Assembly (NCBI RefSeq): GCF_009914755.1
Contig: NC_060945.1
Source of the DNA: the human T2T-CHM13v2.0 reference genome, Homo sapiens
Length of the DNA: 64,000 bases
Direction: 5' to 3' (one strand)
Program-made: the position numbers and the translations under genes
The notes under the pieces: model-generated
The model's database searches: none
Told to the model about the DNA's origin: nothing
Seen by the model: the letters and a program-made list of their open reading frames with translations, nothing else
Shown here: piece after piece, positions 1 through 14,400 of the stretch
Layout: each line of letters opens with the position of its first letter
Position numbering within the stretch: position 1 is the first letter of the stretch

Positions 1-192
1 CCAATCTGGGAGGTGAGAAGCAAAGGCTGGAAAGAAAGTAGCAAGGTCCAGGAGCAAGAGACGATGTTGAGGTCCCAAGAATCTAATTCAGAGCCAACGC
101 CAGGACACAGCAGAGTGAGAAGACAGAGTGTGGTTCCATGAACAGAGCCTGGCCTCCATAGCCTCTGGTGAGGTGATCTTTCCAGGGCCTAG

Positions 193-519
<327 letters not shown>

Positions 520-549
520 ATCAGCGTTTCTTAAAACGCCTACTCAAAC

Positions 550-945
550 TGATATGGTTTGGCTGTGTCCCCACCCAAATCTCATCTTGAATTGTAGCTC
601 CCATAATACCCACGTGTGGAGGGAGGGACTTGGTAGGAAGAAATTGAATCATGGGGGCAGGATTTTCCTGCTCTGTTCTTGCAGTAGTGAAAAAGTCTCA
701 CGAGATTTGACAGTTTTATAAAGGGCAGTTCTTATGAGATCTGATGGTTTTATAAAGGGCAGTTCCCCTGCACACGCTCTCTTGCCTGCCACCATGTAAG
801 AAGTCCCTTTGCCCTTCCTTCGTCTTCCACCATGCTTGTGAGGCCTCCCCAGCCCTGTGAAACTGAGTCTATTAAACCTCTTTCTCTTTATAAATTACCC
901 AGTCTCGGGTATTTCTTCATAGCAGTATGAAGATGGGCTAATATA
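550..945 (+). mobile_element. THE1 (MaLR) solo LTR
   Basis: Starts TGATATGGTTTGGCTGTGTCCCCACCCAAATCTCATCTTGAATTGTAG and ends ...ATAAATTACCCAGTCTCGGGTATTTCTTCATAGCAGTATGAAGATGGGCTAATATA; carries an internal ~34-bp tandem duplication at 696-765. Confidence 0.92.
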
Positions 946-984
946 TCAGCATTAAGCAGAAGAAAAGCTCTTCCGCAGGATTTA

Positions 985-1301
985 CATGTGGATGAACCTC
1001 GAAAACACGACGCTAAGTGAAAGAAGTTGGATACAAAAAGCTACACGTTGTATGGTTCCATTTGTATGAGCTATTCATAAATCCACAAAGACAGAAAACA
1101 GACTGGTGCCTGTAGAAGCTGAGGGGGAGGAGGGAATGGGGAGAAATTGCTTGATGGGTCTGGGGCTTTACTTTGGAGTGATGGAAATGTTTCAAACTAG
1201 ACAGAAGTGTTGGCCATACAACATTGTGAATGCAACCAATGCCACTAGTTTGTTCATTTTAAGATGGTTAATTGTATGTTATTTGAATTTCACCTTAATA
1301 A

Positions 1302-1303
<2 letters not shown>
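985..1303 (+). mobile_element. Old L1M (L1MB-like) 3' end fragment
   Basis: GGATGAACCTCGAAAACACGACGCTAAGTGAAAGAAG...GAATTTCACCTTAATAAA resembles the L1MB 3' UTR. Confidence 0.8.

Positions 1304-1304
<1 letters not shown>

Positions 1305-1343
<39 letters not shown>
1305..1343. repeat. (TG)19 microsatellite
   Basis: Perfect TG dinucleotide run at the L1M tail. Confidence 0.97.
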
Positions 1344-1345
<2 letters not shown>

Positions 1346-1440
1346 ACTTCCTTCTGTGGCCAATGTCAGAAATATCACAAATACAAAATTCCATCTTTTG
1401 TCTTAGGATTTTAGACCAGGATATTTTGAAGTTTGAATAT

Positions 1441-2353
1441 TGTGATGGTTGACTTTGAGTGTCAACCCCTCTTCTGCTGAAAAGGAAACCCACGTGGTTT
1501 GGCATTTGACTAGAATAACTGGGCTGCCCCAGCTGTGTCTGTAAGGTGTTTCCAGAGGAGACTGGCATTTGAGTCCACGGACTGAGAGGGAAGACCCCCT
1601 TGGTGTGGTGGGCACCATCTGATCAGCTGGGGACTCTGACAGAACGGGAGGCAGAGGAAGGGCAAATTTGAGCTTTCTTCCAAAGCCAGGACATCCTTCT
1701 TCTCCCACCCATGGACATCACAACTGCAGGTTCCCCAGCCTTAGGACTCTAGGACTCGCACCAGTGTCCCCCAGTCTCTTAGGCCTTCATCCTGGAATTG
1801 AGAGTTACAACATTGGCTTCCTTGCTTCTGAGACCAAGGAACTTGAACTGAGCCATGTCACTGGCTTGCCTGGTTCCCCAGCTTGCAGATGGCCTATCAT
1901 GGGACTCTGTAACCTCCATGATCAAGTGAGCCAATTCCCCTAATAAATCCCCTCTTATATCTCTCTATGGACAGATAGGTAGATAGATAATTGATATATA
2001 TTAGATAGATAGATAATGATAGGATAAATAAGATAGGCAGATAGGCAGACAGATAGAATAGATAGATAAATTGATAGATGGATGGATATGTAGACGGATG
2101 GATGGATGGATGGCTGGATAGATGCACCACAGCCAGCTGTGGGCTGCTACTTGTTTGAGTTGGCAGGAGTCTATCATCCTCCAGGATCTGTCTGGTTTCT
2201 CCCGGGACCAAATTAATTAAATGGTGATATGAGAGGGGCCATATTCCTGTATCCTATAGGTCTTTAAGGATCGTTCTAAGCTTCAAGATCCAAAAGATAG
2301 ATTGATGGAGAGAGAGAGAGAGAGAGAGATGAATGGATGGATAAAGACAGATC

Positions 2354-2397
<44 letters not shown>

Positions 2398-2430
2398 CCA
2401 TCCATCTTCTAGAGAACTCTGACTAAAACC
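1441..2430 (+). mobile_element. MLT2 (ERVL) solo LTR, MLT2B/C/D-like, with expanded internal GATA/GGAT repeats
   Basis: Starts TGTGATGGTTGACTTTGAGTGTCAAC; contains GTGAGCCAATTCCCCTAATAAATCCCCTC; ends CTAGAGAACTCTGACTAAAAC. Confidence 0.85.
1968..2400. repeat. Compound (GATA)n/(GGAT)n/(GA)n microsatellite in two blocks (1968-2125, 2296-2400), including a perfect (AGAT)11 at 2354-2397
   Basis: Directly visible tetranucleotide runs. Confidence 0.93.
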
Positions 2431-5258
2431 AATACTTGTGAGAATCCTGTATAAAATGTAGCTAGTGATCTTGGACAACCCTCTAAAGTAAGAAGGTCAT
2501 GAGCCTTCTCTGCAAACAGGTTTTGACAGTGAGAAGGGAAAGAAAATAGTGACACCTGGACTCCTGGGAAGGAAAAGAAAATCCGTTTTTAGCAATGAGG
2601 TTGCTAAAAGAAGCAACTAGAAAACAAGCTACTCCAACTTCAGATCTTTGCTTGGTAAAGCCTCTACTTTCAGGTGAGTGGGGTGAGTTTTCTGATGAGA
2701 ATCAAGAAGGCCGGGCTCTCTCTCTGGGAAGCTCCCAGCTTCATGGTCCTGTGGCAGAAGAAACCCAAGTCTGGAAGAATCCAGGGCCTCATCTGAGCCT
2801 TTCTCTCCAGCATTAGAAGGAAATCCACAATTGGCTGACAAGCCCGCATTCCAAACACACACCCAGTTAATGAAAACCACACACACACAAACGAGAGATA
2901 GGTTCTACCTGCCTGTGACAATCTGGAGTAGGAAAAGCACATGAAAAATAGCCTTGGGACTTTATTCTGAATACTCTGCACCTAAGGAGGAATTGAGTTT
3001 CTCAAAAATAAAGGCTTTCTGTTTACAAACATGCTGTTTTTGCCAAAGAGAATTCTTTATTTTAGGTGCTTTGGGAAAACTGCAGAGTCCTCGGGTTTGT
3101 GGCCAAAGACGCCCAAATGTTGCAATCCTAAACCTTTGGCAGCGACAAAAACATGTTGGCAAGTGGAAAGTTTTCAGCATGGGGCTTTTCATGTTGTTTT
3201 GTTTGGGTGTGTGTTTGTTTATTTGCTTGGTGCCAAAGGGTTTCCTCCACATCTTCCCAGAACCAGAGAGCATGTTGGCGCTCCACTTGGGATGTTGGCC
3301 CCAAACCACCTGCACTCCTATTGTACATCCTGTATGGTTTCAGGCCCCCAAAAACAGCCTTTGAGCTCAGGGAGACACCTCTTTCCCACCTCCAAACCCT
3401 AAGTGAAGCCTCGGACAATGAGAGGGGATGACATGAAGCATTTGGCCTCCATGGCTGTGGACTTCATGAGGGCTGAGGGCATTTCTGAATTTCAGTCTCT
3501 GATCAACCCACAGTTCTGTTGTTCCCTCTGTCTCGCCCTAGCAGGCCTCATTTCTATCTCTTTCCATCTCCCCGGCTGCTACCTGTGCTGCGGTAGCCAC
3601 TTGATACATGAACTATGGCTTCCCGCCCGTTAAAACTAGACATTCAAAGACCAGCCCAGCAGAATGTGGGCACAAAGAGCATGGAATTCCCAGATAGATC
3701 TTTACATTGTAACAGAGCAGGGATGATCATCTTGAAAATCAAGGCTTTTGATTAACAAGACTTGGGTATTTTGTAACTCAGGAGGCTAAGCCTTGCCCTG
3801 GGATCTAAAGTTCTAGCCCTGAGAGAATAGAGGAGGGTCCAAGTGCCCCGCCCAGACCCTGAACAGGCCAAAAAGGGAGGAAATGCTGGGGAGAGGACCT
3901 AAGCTGGATGCAGGACCAAGAGGGTCAGCATGGAGAGAGCCAGTCAGCGCTCAACCCTGTCTGTCACCACCTGCAGATGGGGAGCTGAGAGGGAACAGAA
4001 CTTGCACCCCCATTCAGTCCTGTGGATGGTCCAGGTAGCCAAGATGGCCCCTTGAGCTCAGAGCTGTTGGAGTCTCGCCTGCTAACAGTGCTGCATGAGG
4101 CCCATCCACCACTATGTGTGTGTGTCCCATCAGCACCTCACACTCAGGAAACCCACAACTGAGGGCCACTGCCTCTCTCCCCTTCTCCCCCACCTCCCCC
4201 TACTCCAACCCAGGCCCCCTTCCTAACTGGCTTTTCATGAGAGCTGCACCTTTTGAGTCATCGAAGATTCTTTGCATCGGCTTTGCAGTCTCTGTCCCCT
4301 CTGAGGCTCACTGATGGTCAGATGCTGAGCCTGGCACCTTTTCCATCCACCAATGGTGCCACTGCCTGGCTCAAGTATCTAATTTTATGTCTGTAAATGA
4401 AAACAATTTAACATTCCCCTAATTGATACCTCACCCTCAGTCTCCCCACACGAAACCTCATAACCTCCTCTCCTTGTTTCTACTCTGGCTCCTGTTTCTG
4501 TCTGCTCGCCTTTTCCCTCTCTAGTTTTCCTCCTTCTTTCCCATTTTCATATGTGTCGCCAGCCCCATGTAGTGCCAGACAGGCTACATTTTTTCAGTGT
4601 CTCAAATGCAAGGGTGATAGTCTCACTCCTTCAAGCCTTCACAGATGTTGTTCTCTCTGCCTAGAACACGTTAACCCCTTTCTCCCTTTTCTCCTTCTCA
4701 TCTTTCAGATGTCCTGGGTGCCACTCCCTCCAGGAAGGCCATCATGCTTTCACCAATGGGTAGCAGAAGCACTGATTCCCATGGGCTGAAACTATAAGGA
4801 AACATATTCATGTCATTTAACAGGAGCCCAGAGGCAGTGTGGGCATCAGTGGTGCTGCACCATCGTCAAGGACCCTGTCTCTTTCCCTCGTTTGTCATCC
4901 CCAGTGCTGGCTTCATCTTCAAGCTGTAGTAAGATGTCTGCCCCAGTTCTAGACACCACATTCAGACACTATGCTATCTGGAGGGTGAAGGGAGTTTCTC
5001 TTTCTGTACCTGCCGTCAGGCATGAGAAGACATTTCCAAGTCAACGCCTCTTTCCTCCCCCTAACCAGAACTACCTTTACATTTCATTGGCCAAAATTTA
5101 GTTCACATGTGTGTCACTCCGCCAACCACTGGTGAGGGGAGTGGCAATAATCTTTTGAATAATTCGCTGTTGGGCCACCTCTCAGGCTAAGTGAGCTCAG
5201 CTTTCCCCAAGGCGCTGGCTGTGCTGAAAGCGTGGGGACTTGATCAAAACCCAGATTC

Positions 5259-5375
5259 TGGCTCACACCTGGAATCCCAGTGCTTTGGGAGGGTGAGGTG
5301 AGAGGATCGCTTGAGGCCAGGAGTTTGAGAGCAGCCTGGGCAACATAGCAAGACTCTACCTCTACAAAAAAAAAA
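5259..5375 (+). mobile_element. Alu left monomer (FLAM/AluJ-like)
   Basis: GGCTCACACCTGGAATCCCAG...GAGGATCGCTTGAGGCCAGGAGTTTGAG...CTCTACAAAAAAAAAA. Confidence 0.88.
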
Positions 5376-5823
5376 TGCTTTTTAAATAACGCAGATTATA
5401 TTTGGAAAGAAGTGGAAGGCAACAGGCCATCCCGCAGCATTTGCTCTCCTTTGCATTTGGCTCTAAGTTCCTTTCGGAGTCTCCTCTTCCTCCTGCATAC
5501 TCTAACCTGAAGGTGAGAGTGCACCGCCCCCACCCCTGCCCCCTGCCTGGCCCCTTCTCCCCATCACCTCTTCACACTGAAACTCCATCTCTTAAAGCCC
5601 AACCTTGAAGGCCAATTCCAAAATGAGCCTTTTCTGATCCTTCCACCCACACATACTCATCCTGAGTATGTAGAATGATGCTCTCCAATGAAACCACCAA
5701 GCACCCTTTCCCACTGTTTTCTGAATATCGGGCTCCTTTGGAAGTTCCTTAACAGCCAAGCTGATGTGACTGACAGCTGCACTTCCATTTGCACATGGCC
5801 CCCAATTCGCACATGTTGGGCGT

Positions 5824-6274
5824 TGTGATGGCTAATATTGAGTGTCAACTTAATGGGATTGAAACATGCAAAGTATTGTTCCTGGGGGTGTCTGTGAAGG
5901 TGTTTGCCAAAGGAGATTAACATTTGAATCAGTGGACTGGGAAAGACAGACCCACCCTCAATGTGAGTGGGTGTGATCTAATCAGCTGCCAGCGCGGCCA
6001 GAATAAAAGCAGGCAGAAGAACATGGAAAGACTAGACTGGCTAAGTCTTCTGGCCTCTATCTTTCTCCTGTGCTGGATGCTTCCTGCCATCAAACATCAG
6101 ATTCCAAGTTCTTCAGCTCTGGGAACTGGACTGGCTTCCTTTCTCCTTGGCTTGCTGATGGCCTATTGTGGGACCTCACCTGGTGATCATGAGAGTCAAT
6201 ACTCTTTAATAAACTCCCCTTTATATCTATCCTATTAATTCTGTCCCTCCCTCCAAAGAACCCTGACTACTACA
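5824..6274 (+). mobile_element. MLT2A1/MLT2A2 (HERV-L) solo LTR
   Basis: TGTGATGGCTAATATTGAGTGTCAAC...GAACCCTGACTACTACA with TG..CA termini; 5-bp TSD GGCGT (5819-5823) / GGTGT (6275-6279). Confidence 0.92.
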
Positions 6275-6451
6275 GGTGTGCTATAAATGGTTGTGAGTGG
6301 GTGGGCAGAGCACTGAGCTCAGAGTCCACAGCCAAGCATTTAGCCTGCGCTCAGCTGTGCACCTACTGTGTGTATGTGGGCAAGTCACCAGGCTTCTCAA
6401 ACATAAAATAAGGCTCTTAGATCGGATTTCTCTGAGACCCTTGACAATTCC

Positions 6452-6927
6452 GTGTTTGTTACTTAGGGCTGCTGCTGCAACAAATTACCACAAACTGGGC
6501 AACTTAAAACACCAGAAATCTATCCTCTCCCCCATTCCAAAGGCCAGAAGTCAGGTGTCAGCAGATGTGGTACCTCCTGGAGGCTCTGAGTGAGAATGTG
6601 CTCCATGCTCTCTCCTGGCTTCTGGGGGCAGCTGGCAGCCCTTGGCATTCAGGGCTTGGAGATGCATCACTCTATGCCCTGCCTCCATTTTTTACATTGC
6701 CTACTCTGCTGTGTGTCTCTGGGTCTCAAATCTCCTTCTCATTTCTCTTATAGGGACACCAGTCGTTGGATTTAGGGCTCACCCTAAATCCAGGATGATT
6801 TCATCCTGTGATCTTTAATTTGCTGTTATCTGCAAAGACACTATTTCCAAATAAAGGCACATTCACAGGTACCAGGTCTTAGGCCTTCAACGTATCTTTT
6901 GGGGAAACATAATTCTACCCAATATAA
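6452..6927 (-). mobile_element. MLT1 (MaLR) LTR, MLT1C-like
   Basis: CAACAAATTACCACAAACTGGGCAACTTAAAACACCAGAAAT...CTGCAAAGACACTATTTCCAAATAAAGGCACATTCACAGGTACC. Confidence 0.85.
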
Positions 6928-6987
6928 GCTGTAGACGTCTATCAGTTACTCAAGCCTGGCTAGATATCATACAGAAGACACAACTAA

Positions 6988-7330
<343 letters not shown>

Positions 7331-10137
7331 TTTCTTTTTCTTTTCTTTTTTTTTTTTTTAATTACCTGTAGATCCATTTGTGGATTATTCAACTACCCTT
7401 AACTTGAAAGTTGAGTGATCTTTTTAACGTTTTTCTCTTTTCATTTCTTAAAATACTGGCAGTGAGTCAGTCTCCAAATTTCAGATACTGATATTGAACA
7501 CTACCCTCCATGCTACCAGATCATTTATTTTGGTTTCTGTTACTGATTCCCGGCCTCCAAGTCCCCAGAAGCACAGCCACAGCGGCCGTGTATGGGTCCC
7601 AGCTGCCTTTTCACTCCTCGATGCCTTAAGTCCTGACGATGAAGGCAAGGACCCTTAGAAGAATCACACGGAGGCCTCCATGTTTCCTGAGCTCTGTTTA
7701 GAAAGAATCAAATCAGTCTCATATAGGCCACAAGGAGACCAGCAGTACCATGTAACCTCAGACATGACACAAAGTGTCCCCAGCACATCCCACGCAAGCA
7801 TTATTTTTTAAATGCATTTGCAGTAGGGAAAAGTATTTCTGATACTTCTATACCTAGTTGTACCAAATAATGCATTTGTGCAGTTGATGGATGAGGTGAA
7901 CAAAAGCAATCCTTTTGCTTCCTTGACGAATGTAGTTCTGCAGGCTTCATGGCTGGCAAAACCAATCCTATAGAACCCAATGCTTGGAGACAGAGCTCCA
8001 CCAGGAAACAAGGCCAAGCTGTGTGCTGCTCTTACGTTATGTCTATTTTAGAAGTTGACTTTGGCAGAGGTGTTGACCACTGACACAATCTATCTACTTC
8101 CAGAAAAGATAAGCGGGGAGGGAATCAAACAAGGAATTGTCTTTAAATTCTCACTTGGAAACAGACGCCTTGGCTTGAAAAGGGGAGTAGAATACTAGCT
8201 TCAATGATGATGAACAAGTTGGAACAAATTATAAAGAAAATATTGAAGCTATAAATAATTTATTTTTAAAGAACCTGTGTGCTAAAATATCTCCTGACTA
8301 GGAAATTCTAAAGAATGTAAATCTCCAGATTATAGTCTATCTGAGGCAATGTTTTTCCAGAACTATTGGAATGTGTCTACATAACAAACTCAATAATCTT
8401 TTGAAGAGTTCACTGTTAAGAGGACTCCTAGGACACGAGGAGCAACGGGATGATCACACACTCATGGTTGTACCTTCAAGTAAAGAAAAATGAGAACTTT
8501 AAATCACCCAAGATGAGGAAGCTCTGTAGCCAGACTGCTCTCATTCAAATCACCAGGAATGTTTCAATCTGATGCCAGCTTTCTCCCTTACAACAGTGAA
8601 TGGATAAAAAGGGGAAAACTCAAAAGGGATATTCACAGCGCCTTCTAGTTCCCACCTCAGTCCTATCTCAAAATACCTGAAAATTCTGCCACAGCCCTTT
8701 TTCCTTTACTCTAGAACGAAATGACAAAATTAAACTTTATAAAAGTTTATGAAACGAAACCTCACAAAACCTGTTACTGAGGTTCAACGATATATTTTTA
8801 AACTAATAATGTGAATTTTTCCATGCTGAAGAGTCATGTAATTGGGTCACCAAATAAAAAAAGACACAGCTGTAATAGAAACCATTTTAGGGGGGAAGAA
8901 AGTCCTGACTAATCACGAAGTGATGCAAATGCAAAAGGAAATACTTAGACTGTATTTTTACCCAGCTGAGTAGTCAGATGTTTGGAAATGCCCTGGATTT
9001 TTCGAAATATTTCCAGCTGTTAATAGCAAAACGGCTCAGATGCTTCAGAAAGAAAGAACACACACTGAAACCTTTTTTTTTTTTTCCTGTGTACTTTTCT
9101 TAATTACAGCTGCTCCCTTCCAACTGCAAGAGGGGATCTAAGTGTAAAGATGTTAAAGCTTAGATGTTCACCCTGAGCTCCACACGGATTTATTTTTATG
9201 AAAATGACTGAGAAGTGCAAGCCTGGGAATACGCAGAGAACTTCAAAAAAGAGCCTGGAAAAAGTAGGAGGTGATAAAGGAGTTAGCACATTTTCAGTTT
9301 GTTTCTCTTACAACCTGTGAGAGAACCCAGACAGCTGATGGGCTCCCGGAGAAAACTCAGGTAGCTGCACTCCAGAGAGTTTGGTGAGGCCCCAGCCAGC
9401 ACCAGAGACCTGTGGTGAGCTGGCCTCCAGGAGAAGGTGGTGACAGCGGCAGCCGAGTTACATGGCGCCAGATCCCAGAGGACGAGCTCTGGCAACCGCC
9501 TGTGCACTCCCCTGCAGCCTTTTCTTCAGAAGTGAAGATGGGGGAGTCTGGTCAACCACAGGTGAGGTGGCAACTCAGAGGGAAGCCTGCACACTGTCAG
9601 CTCAGCCAACCCTAATGAGGACCAGACACCCAGAAATATTTGCAGACTCAGCAGGGGCGGGAGTGAGAAGTGGAGTTGGCTGGCCTCAAACCACCACCAG
9701 CTGAGCAAGGCTCCTCAGCCAGGGTGTGTCTTCTGGGACTCCCGGGGCAAAAGGTGGCATTAGAGATGGAAATTCAAAACAGGCTGGGGGCTCTGGGGCC
9801 AGGTTTTGTCCTGGGCGACTGCTTGGCACTTTCCCCAAAACAGCACACGGAACCTGTGAAAAATGTGCTCTGGCCCCCTTCAACCTTGACCCTGAGGATT
9901 GAGGGTGGGAACTGCGGTGGGTTTGCTCAAAGTCCTTATCACCACTCACTGGCATGTGTTCCCTGGCTCAGAGCCTGTCCCTAAGAAATGGGAAGAAAAT
10001 ACACAGCTCCCAAGGAGCTGCCAGCAGTTCCACACCAGGACCCTCTGAGGCCAGCCTCTCTGGGGACGGTGCATGCTGAGGAGTCCATGAGAAGGCTTAA
10101 CTTTCTGAAGATGTCACACTCAGCTCTTCTTAGGTAA

Positions 10138-10452
<315 letters not shown>

Positions 10453-10707
10453 TAGATTGCTAATCTGGCCATCTTTGATTAGAAGTGAGGTCAATACATA
10501 AAATGTTCCAATCAAATTCTGCAACATAATTTTTCAGTGTTCTTAAGGAAACCCTACCCATGAGCAAAATGGCATTAAGGACAATTGGTCATTCTTTTTT
10601 ATTTATTTTGGGAGGAGGGGGAGAAATGAGGGGCCTTCATTGTTCCCACTTCAAGACCAGCCCACTGGTTACAAAGCAGGAGAAAGGCAGGGGCGCTCCC
10701 AGGAACC

Positions 10708-11414
10708 CAGGGCCATTGTTATGGGCTGAATTGCTCCCTACCGCCACCAAATCCACTGCTGAAATCCTAACCCCCAGGACCTCAGAATGTGAGCTTATTT
10801 GGAAACAGGGTTGTTGCCGATGTAATAAGTTAAGAGGAGGTCATACCGACACAGGTGAGCCCCTAACCCAACATGACTGGACTTCTTGTATAAAAGAATG
10901 CTATGTGAAAAGACAAACGCATAGACAGAGAGAAGGTGATGTAAAGACACAGGGAAGAGGTGGCCATCTGCAAACCAGGGGGTGCCTTCTTGAGACCACC
11001 AGCTTCTAGGAGAGAGGCCTGGAACAGACTCCCCCTCATGACCCATAGAAGGAACCCACCCTACTGGCACCTTGATCTTGGACTTCCAGCCCCAGAACCA
11101 TGAGACAATAAATGCCTGTTGTTTAAGCCACTCAGTCTTTGGAACGTTGTCCCAGCATCCCCAGGAAACTAAGGTAGCCACATATGACTTTCATGGGCCC
11201 CTGGCACTTTTGTCTTTGTGGGCCCCATTCTCCGTAAAAAATATCCAGAATGGCTCCACAACTGTGTTGGTATAGAGGCAAATAAAATCTGGGCTGGAGC
11301 ATGTTCATTTTTTCTTCTGATTTTAGAAGAAATGAAAACATTTTCATGGGTCTCTAAAAGTCCCACAGGACCTTGGCTCTGTGCCTTTCACACCTCATGG
11401 AGAAGTCCACCCTG
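10708..11414. mobile_element. hAT-type MITE (MER family) split by an MLT1 LTR
   Basis: CAGGGC start at 10708 and ...CCACCCTG end at 11414; body CATATGACTTTCATGGGCCCCTGGCACTTTTGTCTTTGTGGGCCCC resumes right after the LTR. Confidence 0.6.
10717..11176 (+). mobile_element. MLT1B/C (MaLR) solo LTR
   Basis: TGTTATGGGCTGAATTG...CCTTGATCTTGGACTTCCAGCC...GGAAACTAAGGTA; TSD GCCAT (10712-10716) / GCCAC (11177-11181). Confidence 0.88.
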
Positions 11415-14400
11415 TAGAAAGAATCACTGAGGTCCCCAGATTGGGTCGGGCACCTCCCCGGCCTTTCTCTATTTTGGCACCACACGCAAATTACCTGTTA
11501 TTGTGTCTAACAGCTCCCTCTCCCCACCTCTGGCTCACACTCCAGCAAAAAGACATGTCTCATTTATCTTTGCAGCCCTGGCACACCTTAAATGCTCAAT
11601 AAATAGCTGCTGCACCAACTTGAACTGAACAGATAGAGACCTAAGTTACTCAAGGTCATTAGTGAAACATGAAGCAAGAAAAGAGCAAAAGAAGGAGGTT
11701 TTGGCAAGAATGGAGCTTTAATAGCTGGAGCCTCAGCTCCTGGTAGCAGAGTGAGGATCTGGGAGCTCGGCCCAGGAAAGTTTCTGAAACTGCAGTAAAA
11801 CGAGTGTTTTATAACCACCTATTCTGTTCCATTTTTTTTCTCTCTCTGTCTTCATCTTTAAATTCTGTTTTTCACAGTCCAGAGCTTTGTGGGGTTTATT
11901 AATACTTACATCAGTTATACTTTGCCTTTCTTCAAATCAGAGTTTCTCAAATTCTGACTTTTCCACTGAGATTTTCTGACAGTAGATTTGGCCTTTCTAG
12001 ACCCAACCTCACTTATGGTTCATGACAAGTTTATAACTCGTTCTCATCTTGGGACAATTTCTACTTTTCCTGCTGACCATGCTTCATCTTTGCCATATCT
12101 CAGCATGAAAAAAGTTATTTTCTCCACCAGAAACTCACATGAGTGAACAGGAAACCCTTGGTTAGCCCTTCTGCCACCACACAAAATTTTTAAAAAGAAA
12201 TAAACAGTCATTCTTCTGGACACTGGGGAGAGATAAACACAAAAACATACAGTATGATTGGGAAGATAAGACGTCTACGTTTCTAATCATGTGTCATAAT
12301 CATGTGTCATAAACTTTCAGAAGAACGTTCCACAAAAAGCACTCAATGGGAGACTAATAGTGTCACACAAGTGGAAGATTCTAAGGACATAAATTTGGGA
12401 GGTGCAGGATTAAAAAGGCAAAGACAGTTTCTATAATGCAGAACTTCTCAGATCCTTGAAAGTGCTAACATGCTAGATGAATCTCCATGAGGCAGATCAA
12501 ATAGCGGGCACTTCCTAGATTGACTTGACCACGGAATCCTCCTACGGGGGAGTGGGGTACGGAGAGAGGTGTGTGGGGAGAGGAATACATGTTCCAAAAA
12601 TAATCTGGAAAACACTAGACTAGCAATAGATCTGTCAAGTTTCAAAGATGAACACCCTATTTTCACAAGAACTTTCTGGCATAAGGACCATTCACTGTGA
12701 CTATTCGCATGAGGAATATTCACTGTGGGCTGAAGCCCTTGGAGAGGGTGTCTTAATAGTAGTGTGATTCGTATTCAGGCTCAAAACACAGCCAGATGGG
12801 CCTTCCTTAGTGAGAGAGGAGTGTGAGGAGGATGTATTGGCTGGGAAAATCACTTCAGCAAGGGAAAAAATTTACAAGCTGTGTTTGAAGAGCACCAGAA
12901 GACTGGTGTGGAAGGGTTACCATTGATGAAACCAGAAAGAGGAGGAGACATGGGTGGGAAGGAGTGTTCGAACCTGACCATGAGTGAGAGTCTCACCCTG
13001 TGGGATGCATGGGAAACAAGGACTCAACCTCAAGGGAAAGCACACCCCATGGGTGCTGGAAAAGCATCACCAAATTAGGCTCCAAAGGATAAAAATGCTG
13101 CTTCCTGTCTGCTTGGCGGGAGGGAAGGCGGTGCCCAGTGAGCAGGGGTGTGGACCTGGCATCTGGTAGAGCACCACAGCATAGGGGCAAGAGCCCCAGG
13201 CGCATCAGGAAAGTCACGTTCCACACCCAGTGCTCCCGTGACTTCCAATAAGCAATTTAACCTCCCAGGGACTCAATGCCCTCACCTGTAAAATAAAAGG
13301 AAATGACACCCTAAGGTTTTCCCACTCTAACACCCTGTCGGTCCATGATGATGAGAACTTCCCATCTATCCAGCGCCAGGCAGAGGTACAGGTAATGGGC
13401 ATTTTGAGGCCAGACACCACATTCCATTCTCTCACTGTCAGCTTCACACAGACGGTGCCGGGCCCACAAACCATCTCTCACACAGATGGGGAAGGCAGCC
13501 GTCCCCATCTGGGCAGCTGTGCAGCCAAATACAGCTGCCTGTACAAGGGTGGGGGTCTCCTTGGCACCCAAGAGGCACAAATTCTGAAAAAACTAAGGGA
13601 CAGTATACTGGGGAGCCAGAGGAATTTCATGGGGTGTCCTCTCCGCTTTTGAAATCAGGCAAGATCATGGCCATGCTGTCTTGAATCTTAAACAACAGAA
13701 TCAATCAGGTTTATGTTTCCTTAGCTACTTCCCGAACTACAGAGAATCAATTAACAGTTCCTGAATCTGTAAAATTAAGAAATTAGTGATAGCTTCATAG
13801 AGTTTCAGAGTGAATTGAACGGCATAGGTGATACAAAACACGAAACTCCATGCCCAGCCCAGAGTGACAAGTCAATCAACATTCTGGGCTTTGAGGTCTA
13901 TACCTGTTGTGCTCAAACCTAATCATTTCCCAGGGTGCATCGCTGATATGCTGTGCCCTCTGTCTCCCACCACCTGCCTTGCATCTAATGCTGCTCCCTG
14001 CGTCTCAGTGGGACTTGGCTGCAGCCACTCAGGGTTCCTTTATTCCAGTGCCAAAATGGACATCAAGAGGACTAAGAAAATGTAGTCCCATTTGGGCATC
14101 TTAAACTCTTAAACTTACAGCTGACACTATAATTTTAGCTGAAATATTGGAAAATTTTTGTTTCCCATTATCAGCATGATTCTTACTTACTAAGATGAAA
14201 TATGGTTTCCTTTGGTTAAAAAAAAATACCCAATATGTTTTAAAAGATGAAGTAATGCTTAGTAACCTTGGTTGTTTTTTAAAACCCCTTCCTATTAACT
14301 GCTCAAGGGACAGGTTGTAATGTTGATCCACGCCACAGTGTATTTGCTTCACTTCCTGCTTCTGGCTGACCCTTTAACAGGAAAATTAATAGGGAACATG

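Noticed and set aside
8921-8930. Octamer ATGCAAAT (and the YY1-like AAGATGGCG at 36264-36272)
   Set aside because: Single short motifs are expected by chance in 64 kb
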